This document shows, in pieces, positions 25,721 to 37,067 of a DNA stretch of 56,341 nucleotides (within the stretch, counting starts at the first letter, position 1; every line of letters starts with the position of its first letter). Under the pieces are notes generated by a model. It was not told where the DNA came from. It saw only the letters and a program-made list of their open reading frames with translations, and did no database searches. The translations under genes were made by a program, and so were the position numbers. Source of the DNA: Chara braunii (Eukaryota > Plantae > Charophyceae); assembly GCA_003427395.1 (NCBI GenBank), contig BFEA01000018.1:5015602-5071942 (forward strand), given 5' to 3'.

Positions 25721-26958
25721 ACCTCGCTCGCACTATTCCTTGCACACTCGCCGAGTCCGGACCTCGGCGAACCTCGGATCCGTAATAATGCGAAGTCCGC
25801 CGGGATCCGGACTTCTACTGCACGGTTCCTCGCACAGACATCAAGTTCGCACCCCGACGACTTCGCTTGTCTCAATATGCGGGTTCATAACGCGGGTTTC
25901 TAGCTCCCGAGGTTTGGCATAACTTTGTATTTGAAAAAATGTGTAGCCCGCCGGTTGATTCTCTCCCACGCGGTCTCGAGAAGTTCGGATCCCGGCGAAC
26001 ACCCTCCCGTGGATCCGGACCTCGCGTGGCAAGTTCGGACCCCGACGAACTTCGCGTTGCGCATGGTGTGGGTACTGATTGTGTCCTTTCTCGCGAACAG
26101 GTGTGTGCCACAACTTTTGTTTCGCAAAAATGCAAAGTCCGCCGGGGTCCGTACTTCTCGTGCAAAGGTTCCTCGTCCCATCGTCGGGTTCGCGTGCTGG
26201 GCCGTGGATCCGAACCAGCTGTCTTCTTTTCGCAATGCATGTGGCAGGAGATGTTCCTTTCGCAAGTTCGGATCCCGGCGAATTTGCCAAGTTCGGATCC
26301 CAACGAATTTGAGTTGTCTTCCGTTCGCAATGCATGTGGCAGGAGATGTTCCTGCTGGGCCGTGGATCAGAACCTGCCGTGCACAGTTCCTCAGACAATC
26401 GTAAATTTCGGATCACGGCGGACTACGGATTCTATAAAATGCAAAGTCCGCTGAGATCCGGACTTCCCGTGCACGGTTCGTCGGAAAACCGTCGACTTCG
26501 GACCCCGGCGTGCTTCACCTTTCGGGTGGTGCGGGTTCTGACTGCGGACTTCCTGGCGACCGGTGGATTGCCACAACTTTTTATTCGTACGAAATTGAAA
26601 TCCGCCTGGATCCGAACTTCTTGGCAGTTTTGGACGTCGGGTTTGGGAGACAAATTCGTCTTTCCCTCGCAGTCTCGCCAAGTTCGGATCCAGGCGAACA
26701 TGTCGCAGGGCGTGTTTGCGGCTGGCCCGCGGGCGGGTAGACGTCAACACCGACGAAGCTGGCCACCCAAAATCTGATCTTGGGGCATACACTGCGTCTA
26801 ATGCCATGGGTCGCTCATCGTGAGACATGACGCGTTTACGAGTGTCTCCATGCCCGTGTGTGTCGTCGGGCATGTGCGCGTGGTGTGCAGGTTGCGTGAT
26901 GGAGGGGACCTTCTCGACACCACGCATCTTCGAGTCGATCTTATCGAGACCATAGGCC

Positions 26959-27906
26959 ATGAGTGCCGAGACGCGCATTCGCTTGGCAGAACCTTTTCGT
27001 CCTTGTGCGAAATCCGTGCGGCATTTCAACGGTGTGACAACGATCCACGGAGCGACCGCAGAGGACTTCGACGAGGACCCATGGATGACCGTCGTCCCGT
27101 GCATGGACGCGCATGTTGACAACTGGGGCGAGGGCAATTGGGACAATATGGAGACTCACTGCCCTTGGGCAAGCCAGTACAAGTTCGCGAATATGTCGGA
27201 GTTCGGGGACCTCATCCCACTGCCTGACGCCGTCCTCGGACATAAGTTCCTGAACCATATGCGGAAAGCACTAAGCTGCATTAGCCGCTATTTCAGTCGC
27301 CTCGAGTGCCACAACGTCAGGTCATCGCCACAAACTTGGGGTGGCTCACGGAAACAAGAGTTGGTGGACTGCGCTCGTCGCTGCTCGTTCCTGGACCAGT
27401 ACCCGCTCCGTGGCCCCGGAATTTCTCCACGAGCTGTGTCGTACTGCTGTGTGCGGTTGACTGTGTCCGGATCTGATTTCGCCAGAGTTCTGTGTGTCGC
27501 TGCTTCAAACAAGAGCAGGAAACTCGTCGACGCAGTTGTGCTCGTGTCGCGCAACGAGGTTGTGATTGAAGGGTCCAAATTCGTGCCGATGCGTGGGCCT
27601 GAACGTGTGGATGGGTGGCCAGATTTGGTGATAGCAGGTCAGGTTCGAAACTATTCGTTGTTTCGTGAGGTTGAGGAGAAAGTGGCTGACATACAGGACT
27701 GCATAGGAAACTCCTTAGTAGGACCGGGGGTGTTTGTTAGGATGAAATACATGTCCGTTTTTTCGGATAGTGCATCGGTCAATGAACCGCAGACCCGCGT
27801 ATACGGATCGTCACTGAATGCTTTGTTTGGCTTCGGTTCACGACGTCGTCCCGGGGGATCCCCAAATGTCGCCACATCCGAACCGGTCTTTAGTCCTTCT
27901 GTTTGA
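26959..27906 (+). CDS. Transposon cargo orphan protein B (315 aa; paralog of 13384-14295)
   Basis: Intact ATG-initiated ORF with colinear similarity to protein A over ~260 aa. Confidence 0.82.
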   Translation: MSAETRIRLAEPFRPCAKSVRHFNGVTTIHGATAEDFDEDPWMTVVPCMDAHVDNWGEGNWDNMETHCPWASQYKFANMSEFGDLIPLPDAVLGHKFLNHMRKALSCISRYFSRLECHNVRSSPQTWGGSRKQELVDCARRCSFLDQYPLRGPGISPRAVSYCCVRLTVSGSDFARVLCVAASNKSRKLVDAVVLVSRNEVVIEGSKFVPMRGPERVDGWPDLVIAGQVRNYSLFREVEEKVADIQDCIGNSLVGPGVFVRMKYMSVFSDSASVNEPQTRVYGSSLNALFGFGSRRRPGGSPNVATSEPVFSPSV

Positions 27907-29225
27907 GGGAAAAGAACGACGAGGGACGAGATGCGGTTGTGTTGCCTAACATGTGAGATTTGTAGGACTGCAGAGAAGTGTGAGACTCCGCGGTTGCTGG
28001 TACACGCTGCACCGCGCGCTTGTCGTGCAAATCCCTGGTCGTCGTTCGGTTCAGTGACATGACAAAAGTCATGTTGGACGTCCGTCTCTGACGCCGTCTC
28101 CTGCCATTTCGTGCCCCGACGAAGTTCGGATCTCGGCAAACTTCGCATTCTGGCCTCTCCGTTAATTTGTCTCTGATGTCATTGGCGTCGGGCGGGCCGC
28201 GGGAAAGACCCCTCACCGCGGAAGGATCTGCCCGTAACCTGTTTTCGCCCGTCCACCATCAACGTGTGCCAAATTGTCAGTCACTGTCGTAGCGAGATGC
28301 CAAAAGCACTCTTAGAGATCCCCGTCGCAAGGTCGCGCGAGCTTCGCGTTTCCTGAAACCCGTTGGAGATCCTGGTTGGCGGGCCCTCTTGTTGGAAATC
28401 CTGTTGGCACCGTGCTAGGACACCGTGCTAGGACCCCAACTTTCTGTCTGTCTCTCTCGCAGCCTCCTGAAGTTCGGATCCCGGCGAACTTCCTGTGACG
28501 CCTGTGTATTGAACGGGCGCTGGGCTTGATGATCCCCCGTGGATTGCGGCACGAGTCAAACCGTGATCCACAACTGCTCCTCCAGGGACTCATACAATGT
28601 TGTCACGGCTGCTCGTTCGAACTTGGCTTCATCCAATGCCAAGTTGCGCATATCAGAAGAAGTTCGGATTTCGGCGAACTTGTCCTTCTCAAGCGGCCTT
28701 TTGTGTTAGTGCGGCCTTTCCGGGTCGTGGTTCAGTCCAATCTGTGTTTGCCTGACGCCGTCTCTGCCTATTGCATTTTCCTGAAGTTCGGATCCCGGCG
28801 AACTTCACGTTTCGGTGGGTGCGTTGGTTTGGCTTCGGACAGGCACTTTTAGTACGGATCTCGGCGAACTTCGCGTCATGAACTGTCCGGGTTAATATTG
28901 CTAAACAAAGGACACTGCCCCGTCCAACGTGGGCTTTGTGCGTCACCACCCGTCCATTCCCGATCCGGTGGCCATCCGTGTTCCGGAAAAAACCGACGTG
29001 GTTGTCGCCCGACTGCATGAAGCGTATGCCCTTGTAAAGAATGATCTCGTTGCAGGTAAGAGGTCATTGCTGGTCTTCGCGTTAGAAGTTCGCGGGATCC
29101 GAACTTCGAGGTCCTCGGATAGCGTCATGTGACCGACGTGTTGAGGGCAAGGTGTGCCTCCTCTGTTTTTGGCATGCGTTGTGCTTTGACTGCGATTTGA
29201 TCGCTGGTGTTTTATTTGTTTTCCG

Positions 29226-32200
29226 TTGTCGTCCGCAGACAATATGTCTTCGTCCAGGGGCGAAGGGGAGCCTGCAGCGACCTCCGGGATGGGATCTGGG
29301 AAAAATTCTACAAAACGGCCGTCTACGACCTCGAGGACGTGGTCCGACCACGCTAGGTCGAAATGGTTCGTCGACTGGTGCTGTGCTGATGCTACGAACC
29401 CAGTCCAACAGCCGTGTGGTTCTGTGATCTTCGTCGAAGCCAACAAGCGCCGCAGGGTTCTGGGGGCTGTCTTGCGGTGGGAGAATGCGAAAGGCAGTCG
29501 TCGACGGTTTTACATGAAAAATGTGTACGGTTCGAAGGGGAACGCCGTAGCCGGTGCCAAGGGGGCAGTTCTCGACATGTGTCTGTTCGAGGGGTTCGGA
29601 GCGGGTGCTGCAAACACCCCGTTCTACAACGACCTCCGGCAGCAGGGCGGGTTTGTTTTGGGTCGACAGTTCTTCGACCTGTTGGAGGACAAGGGCATTG
29701 CCCTCGATGTCCCTTGTGAAGTCGGTCCCGACCTGGAACTGTCAATGCCTTTGCAGCCGTGCGGCGGTTGTGAGTCGAGCGGGGCAGCGGGGGAGGGGGG
29801 GGATCTGGGTTCCGGGGAGGCTACACATGTGCAGCGGGAGGATGCCAGAGGTCAGTTTGACGACAAAGAAGATGAGGCGATACCGCGTCCGCCGTTTTCG
29901 CCGTCGAGGGAAAGAGACAGGTCCGTGCTGTCCATACCTGGGGTCCGGCAACAGACCGCAGCGGATCCCGGAGAAGAGGGAGTCCTGTGTGGGTCTGACT
30001 TGGAGCCCGCCGAGGGCCATGGCGCGGAAGGCGAGGCCGTGGGCGGGGAGGAAGTGCGGGGCACTCCCCAAAAAAGGAAGGGACAATGTCAAGAAGAGTT
30101 GGTGGGATCTTCGAAGAAACAGAAGACCAAGACCCCGAGGACTGTGGGAGAGAAACGGAAGGGGAGGGGGGTGGAAGAGGGCCACCCGGATAGCAAACCT
30201 CCAGCTTCGAAACATAAACAGCCTGAGTCGGGACCTTCTTCACCGCGGCCTGCCATCGACGTGGACGCCGGGTACGTCATGGAGTACAAAGACGGCGTCA
30301 GGACAAGGTGGGAGTTTGAGATCAGCCCGGCTCAGATCGTTGACATGAGGGAGTGGGAGGATCTTTACAACCAGCGGTCGCTAGATCCTGTCCTCGTGGA
30401 AACGATAAGGGAAGCAATGCGGTCTGCGTTCGAAAATAAAGAACAGACGTACGAGTTGCCGGTCTTCAAGCTCGCACCACTGGGGCTTCAAAAACCAACT
30501 CCTGGGACCAAGGCACAACGTCTGAAGCCAGAGGAGTGGAAGGATGAGCTGGTGGGAGAATACTTCTACTACGCGGTGTGCGGGCAGCACAACGCGGCTG
30601 CAGCTAGGTCGCTGCTCGGCAGCGAGGTGGCCAAGAAGTACAATTTCGAGCGGTGGCCGGCACGGATGGTGTACTTTTCCGACGATGACTTCGAAGGGTA
30701 TTTTCTNNNNNNNNNNNNNNNNNNNNNNNNNNNNNNNNNNNNNNNNNNNNNNNNNNNNNNNNNNNNNNNNNNNNNNNNNNNNNNNNNNNNNNNNNNNNNN
30801 NNNNNNNNNNNNNNNNNNNNNNNNNNNNNNNNNNNNNNNNNNNNNNNNNNNNNNNNNNNNNNNNNNNNNNNTTCTATGAAAGACATTCGATGGCAGTGGA
30901 AGCATGACGGCTGCCCGAGAGCTGTGATGGGGAACCCTAGCGGAAAACAAGATCAGGTCCGGGCTTGGCGTAAGTTTTGTACAATGGCGCTCTGTAAGGC
31001 GCCTCAAAACAGCTTGTGGCTTCTCGCGGATCAAAAGGAAGAGGAGGCCATTAAGAAGCAAAATGCTGCCCTGCGTTCTAACTTACCTCTGGCGATGGCC
31101 GGGGAAAATGTCTGAAAACTGGCCGTGGAATTTTTCGAAAAATGGGAGACGGGCAGATTGCTGAGCCACAATGGGGCGAAGTGGACCGTCAAAAAGAAGA
31201 AGGTCAAAAACGTAATGCCTGGGGTCGCCTACATCCACAACGACAAATTGGGCAGAACGGAGGTGGTGTACAACGTCCCCGTGGACCCGCCGAATAAAAA
31301 GGGCAAAAAGGAGAAAGAGGAGGGCGATTGGTTCGTGCAAGTGCCAGACCCGGATGCGCATTGTTGAAAAGCAATGGAATCACTCACGGACAATGAGAAG
31401 TGTCGCGTTCTGAAAAAGGTTCTTGCTTGCGAGGTCGTTTGGGTCCAAGCCGGCTCCCCGTCGTTGGGGAAGTTGGAAAAGCTCAGCGTGCAGGACATGG
31501 TTCAGCTGGTGAAGTGTGACCGCGTGCTGGTCCGGTTGTGGAATTACTACCAATTCAAGCACGAGAAGAGGCCGGACGCGGACTGGATCCAAAGGTACCC
31601 TTTCCTGAAATCGAGGTCTGCCGTGTTCAAGAAGTTTGAAGGTCAGGGATTGGATGACGAGTTATGGGATAACAGCAGGAAACACGTTTCCGACTCGGCG
31701 TTGTTCAAGGACTGCCCGCCATACAAGGGTTGCAACTAGGACAACTCGATTGAGGTGACAAAGAAGTTGGCGGGCCACAAGAAGTTGTCCGTCGACTGAA
31801 GAAACAAGGTTCTCTCCGTGTTGAATGGAAGCAGACTGAAGAGCCGGGAAGTAGCACTTGCCGAAGGCATCGTTCACATTAAATGGAAAGACGCGGGGAA
31901 CGTGACATCCATCGCGCCGTTCGCCAACGACCCTTTAGAGGCGGACATCAGGGGCGCAGAGCTGAAGGAGGCAGTGACTGCCACAAAGAGCCACACGTTT
32001 GTCCTCGATCTGTGCGAGCCGGTTGACCTCAAACTGTGGAAGCCCCAAGCGTGGGAGACTTTGAATTCCTATCTTCAGACGTGGTGTCCCTCGCATTGGA
32101 CTCTCGTTGTTTTCGTGCCGCGGCAGCACAACCTGTCGTTTCTCGCCAGCATGCATCATCTTTCTTTCGTCAAGCTGTTGGAAGGGAAGTGGGTGCGGAG

Positions 32201-34460
32201 AGTGCAGCAAAAAAAAAGCTTCCCCGTTGGGAACAATTTGTACACGGAGGAAGACCGCATGTACATCCTCTTCAAGGGTGACGATCTGCGCGTCAACACG
32301 TCCGTGGTCTACGAGGGAAACCTGCCCACGGGTGCCGCTGCTGCGGTGCGATTGCCTCAGAGGGTCACCCAAACGGATGTGTCCGAGATTCCTTTAATGC
32401 CTTGCGACTGGTCGCTGGTGGCGCCTGAACGACAGGGCAACGTCTACGGGGATATGGATCGCAATCCGACCCAATTCGTCGGTCTTCTTGATTTTCTTGG
32501 CAAGAAGGGAGAGGGTGTCGTGTTCCTTGGGAAACCGCACGCGCGAAGCGTCTGGGAGCTTCTGAAGGCCGGTCGGCTTGTTGTCGCAATGGAAGGGAAC
32601 TCCGACCTCTTGCAATTCACAATGCAGGTGGTGAAAAGCGAGGTCAATTCGAGTGGGCACAATTATGAGTTCATGGTCGTGAGGCCAACACGGGATAAGG
32701 TGTGAAGCAAGAAGACGGATATGTGGTTCAAGTTGAGCGAGAGGAAGAGGAACAAGATATACGATTTCTTGTTCCTTCAAACGCGTCCGAGGAGGGACAC
32801 TGACGCCGAGTACATCCGCCGGAAGGACCACATGTTGGCACCCCTCGACAACTACCACTTCGCCTCCCGCATGAACGCGAAGACGTTTATCGAAAGGCTG
32901 CGGTCGCTGTACTTCGTGGAGTCCGAGGAGCAGTTGAAGTTAGCCAGTTACGCTTCCCTGATCTCCACTGACGACGAGGAAGCCATAGGTGTGGAGTTTG
33001 TCGCCAACGCGAAGGAGGAGGAAAGCGACACGGAGAGCATCAACCTGTAGTACGACCCGCCTCCGGCGGACCACGGCCGAGGGTCCTCGTCGGCCGGTCC
33101 ATCACCAAGCGCTGCAGCCCTCGTGTCACCATTGGCCAAACCGGCGTCGGGCACCACCCCGATGAAGTTGCTGGAGAGACTTAGAGCTCTGGCCGCCCCC
33201 CCACCCGCTTTGCGTCCCGGGTCCGTTGTCCCGCCTGATCATCCATCTTGGAAGGATGACAACATCCACTTCCTACTTGAACCGCAACGTCATTCACCTG
33301 AGCAGGACTGGGGCCATGACATGGTTTGGCATCCGGGAATCATCCAGCCAGCGATACGAAATGGCGAGTGGGTCATGGGCGTGGCAATCCCGGGCGCGGG
33401 ATGGGTGTCATTCCCACGCGAGTCGAAGTCCAACTTCCTGCACCTCGCGAGGATTTCTGTCCTCCAGAAAGTGAAGGTCGAAAATGACACTTTAGCACCC
33501 AGCGACCTGCCCCTCATTTTCACTGCCGGTCGACTGTTTGACGAGCTTCAGGACAAGTGCTGGTTGGAATTGACGGAGGACTACTACGAGCTCGACACGA
33601 GTCCGTCGAAGGGCGTGGTGGACTGGAAAGCGCCCCCTCCCAGTGGGCCGGACGGTGGTTCCGGGGGGGGGTCACCTGGAAGCAGAGGGGATGGGGGTCG
33701 CGACGCAGGGGGTGGCAAAGGAATCCCGCCTATGGGGGAGAGAGGGTCTCACGGCCGCAACACAACACCGGGAGGCAGCGCCGGGGTAGCGGGTTTCGCC
33801 GTCGACCGGACTCCGTCAACAGGCACCCGGCCCGAGCACACGACACACTCCGCCGACCCCCAGACTTCGTCCGTGGGCTCAGCGAGGGACACGTTGGCAG
33901 CCTTGGTTGCTCTGGGCAGTCGCTCGGCCAGAAAGCCGAAGTCCGCCAGGATCCGAACTACGTTGGGTGAGGAGCCGCCAGAGCGGTCCGGAATGCGAAG
34001 CTGCTTTGGGTCGGGGGATCCAAGCACGAATCGAGAAATTCGCAGCATTGCGGCGCGGGACTGAGACGTCGGAACGGTGTCGCCTGAGCGGGAGCGACGG
34101 CCGCAAGGATTGCAGCGGGAGGCTGCAAGTGCAAGGTCCGGCGACACGGAGACCACGAAGTCCGCCGAGATCCAAACTTCTTCGGGCGGGGTTTGTCGGC
34201 CAGGGATTGTCGTGCCGTTGAGAGGGGCAGCGTGCACGGGGACGGAAGGGCGGTCCTCGCGATTCGACACGGGTACCGCGGAAGGGGACGAGTTTCGTGG
34301 GAGGGAAGTAGGGGAGGAAATGGAGGAACAGAAGGGAGCGCAAGAAGGGGAGGAAGAAGGGGAAAAAGAGGTGGAAGGGGAGGAAGCGGGAGAAACTGAG
34401 TTAATTGATTTGTTTGAAGGAAGGGAGGGTGCCTGGAGAAGACGAAGTGGAACACAGTGA
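29226..34460 (+). pseudogene. Large cargo gene: ParB/Srx-like domain plus degenerate beta-class amino-methyltransferase-like domain
   Basis: ORFs starting at 29226, 31125, 31374, 31818, 32721, 33123 and 34077 share one frame, separated only by 7 point stops (N gap at 30707-30871). ParB-like ISPAQI..NQRSLD..VETIREAM..YAVCGQHNAAAAR; MTase-like motif order at ~31990-32630. Confidence 0.75.
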
Positions 34461-35250
34461 GGACGATGCCGGATCTGGAGAGTCGTCTGACGAGTTCGGA
34501 CAACTGTACGAAGAGCATCACGAGGATGATGTCGACGACGATGCCACGACAATAGAGATGGAGACACAAGTGGTCAACAACCTTTCCGCAGAGCCTGAAG
34601 GCCATTGACGTCTGCTGTCGACTTGCAGCACCGGTTCGACGAGGCTTCCGTCGATATCAGCCCGTCTGAAAAAAGTCGACGTATAAGCATCGACGAAGTT
34701 ATCGACGGTATCCTCGGCGACCACAACATGTCTGCCCGTCTGTCCGCAACTGCCAACGTCCCATCTTCCGTGGCAGCTGCCCTCGCTTCGTCGCCGCCGA
34801 AGTCTCTGGTGCTGCAGGCCACCCTTGCCGCCGAAGTCTCTGGTGCTGCAGGCCACCCTTGCCGCCGAAGGGGAAGGCGAGTGCGATGGAGGACAACATG
34901 TGACGTCCCCAAAAAAATCGAGGTTCGGCGGTCAGGCTCTTGACGTGCTCGCTTTGCCTGCGCCAAATTCACCATCGAAGAAGCGGAGAGAGAAACAGAC
35001 TGGTAAGCCGTGAAGAACGCCTGCGCATCCGGATGTCGCCAGATTACAGTCCGCACTATACAAACGACGACTTTCCACACTGTCTGTGCATACGGGAAGT
35101 TCCGGATGCCGGCATGCTACAGCCAGCAGCCCTTCCTACTCCAACTCGTCGGCCTATCTGTGACTCGGTCGGGTTGCTAGTCGAGGGCGGCGAAAACTTC
35201 GTCCAAAACCTTACACTCCATCCAAGGAAGGATTTGCCCCGGCTGAGGAA

Positions 35251-35930
35251 GTGGCCAAGGTGCTAAGAAAGTGACCAAGTACATGGACTGACAGTTTTCC
35301 CTTCTCGGGAATACTGTCGATTTTAGTCCGCCGGGATCTGAACTTCCTTTGTCGATGCGTGATGTGGTCAGTCTCAGTGGGGCTGGTGTGTTGAAAAGTC
35401 CGCCGCAGTCCAAACTTCGGGGATTGCTGGCCTCCGGCTTCTGTGAGTTGTGGTGGTTTTCCTTTGCGAAGTGCGGGGGTTGATAAGCTCGAATGTTGCA
35501 GTCGTTTTGTTTTCCAGTCGCACAACCGCACATGGGTGCACATGACCACGCGAGATCAGGGTCCTGTGGTTGGAGAGGTCCTACTTCACTGTAGGCCAAG
35601 GTGCTAAGAAAGTGGCCAAGCACATGGACTGACAGTTTTCCCTTCTCGGGAATAGTGCCGGATCTTAGTCCGCTGGGATCCGAACTTCCTTTGTCGATGC
35701 GTGATGTGGTCAGTCTCAGTGGGGCTGGTGTGTTCAAAAGTCCTCCGCAGTCCGAACTTCGCGGATTGCTGGCCTCCAGCTTCTGTGAGGTTTGGTGGTT
35801 TTCCTTTGCGAAGTAAGCGGGGTGATAAGCTCGGATGTTGCAGTCATTTTGTTTTCCAGTCGCACAACCGCACCTAGGTGCACATGACCACGCGAGATCA
35901 GGGTCCTTGGGTCGGAGAGGTCCTGCTTGA
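35251..35930. repeat. ~340-bp tandem duplication, two palindromic motifs per unit
   Basis: GGCCAAGGTGCTAAGAAAGTG.CCAAG.ACATGGACTGACAG at ~35253 and ~35594. Confidence 0.9.
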
Positions 35931-36284
35931 CTGTTGCGTCTGTACGAATGTATGGTTCTCATTTTTCGTTTTGTCTTTCTTCTGTTGCACATGGTTGGTG
36001 TCGTCTCGAACACGGAGGTCCTCCAAATATCCAGAGCACATATTGCAGAAAGTCCCCGGGTTGAGTAAAAAACACAAGGATATGTTAAAGGCATCAGGGG
36101 TTGATGTCGAGATCGGGAAGAAGGAGTACACCGTTGCCATTGAGGAATGTCTTTCCCTTCTTGCCCCAGAGAAAGGGACATATCCACGATCTGTGAGTAG
36201 GGGTCAGGCCATGTATGAGAAGTACTTAGCAACGCGTCATGCACCGGGGGACTATGTCTAGAACTCCGTTTCTCACTACCCCAC

Positions 36285-37067
36285 GTGTCCTTTGCTCGAT
36301 GTTGTGCAGTGCGGGCAACAAGTGCAGCACGCGGGAAAAGTTTCGCTTTGACGATTACGCCTATGAGCTTGCGGGTTTTGGATGACATTGTACGAGGCTC
36401 GGTGCCGTCTAACACTATTCTCTCTATACTGGACGATGGTCAATTTCGGATTGTAGCAAAAGATCTCCTCACCCTCTTGCATGTCAACGACAGGGTGAAT
36501 GATGAGGTGGTCAATTTCTATATGGCGTTTTTGGGGTCGACCGCATGTGGGTCACGTGACTTCTCTTCAGACCTTCAAGTCTTCAGCTTTAATTTGTTCT
36601 TCTTCAGTAAACTGTGACTTCAAGGACACGGTGGGGTGCAGAGGTGGGCTACAAACGTAGATTTGTTTCGTTACGATATTATCTTCGTTCCTGTCCACAA
36701 AGATGATGATCACTGGATCCTCGTTTTCGTCAACATGAGAGATGATGTTCTCGAAACTTTTGATTCTTTTCCTCGCATTGTAGCTGATTCTAGTTTTTAC
36801 CTTAGTGTTTTCGGGTTGATTGTGCAGTATTTGGAACGTCTAACATCACGTAGGCGGTCGGGTAGGAATTGGAAGTTCATGGTGGGAAATGTTGTGGTGG
36901 ATGGAGTTCCGAGACAAGTGGATGGAACAAGCTATGGTGTGTTCATGCTGATGTATGCGACGTTGTTGCAACATGGAGATCGACCGCCTTTTCGGTTCTC
37001 TTGTAAAAATATTCCGCTTCTTAGACGACAATTAGCATCATGTGTCTTAGAACATCGTTGTCTTTGA
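36285..37067 (+). pseudogene. Ulp1/SENP-like C48 cysteine protease, inactivated
   Basis: NDEVVNFYM, FN.FFFSKL, DLF.YDIIFVPVH, HWIL, TFDS and PRQ.DG.SYGVF motifs; in-frame TGA at 36615; the catalytic Cys position reads Tyr. Confidence 0.9.

Larger units (their letters stand above)
17890..35760. repeat. Dispersed 22-bp imperfect palindrome AAGT(T/C)CGCCGGGATCCGAACTT, ~40 copies in both orientations
   Basis: Examples near 18586, 19604, 20063, 20385, 25286, 25368, 25617, 25981, 26264, 28122, 28470, 28784, 29086, 33939, 35325; not seen outside the TIRs. Confidence 0.93.

Noticed and set aside
25196-26700. CRISPR-like appearance (palindromic repeats with spacers)
   Set aside because: Repeats alternate in orientation, spacers are related to each other and irregular in length, there are no cas genes, and the context is eukaryotic.
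31705-31725. DCPPY as the MTase catalytic DPPY motif
   Set aside because: It lies ~90 codons upstream of where motif IV should be relative to motifs VI-VIII and lacks the preceding hydrophobic strand; probably coincidental.
31113-34064. TGA-as-Trp recoding of the large ORF
   Set aside because: TAG stops are also present, many TGG codons are used, and neighbouring ORFs end in TGA; mutation is the simpler explanation.
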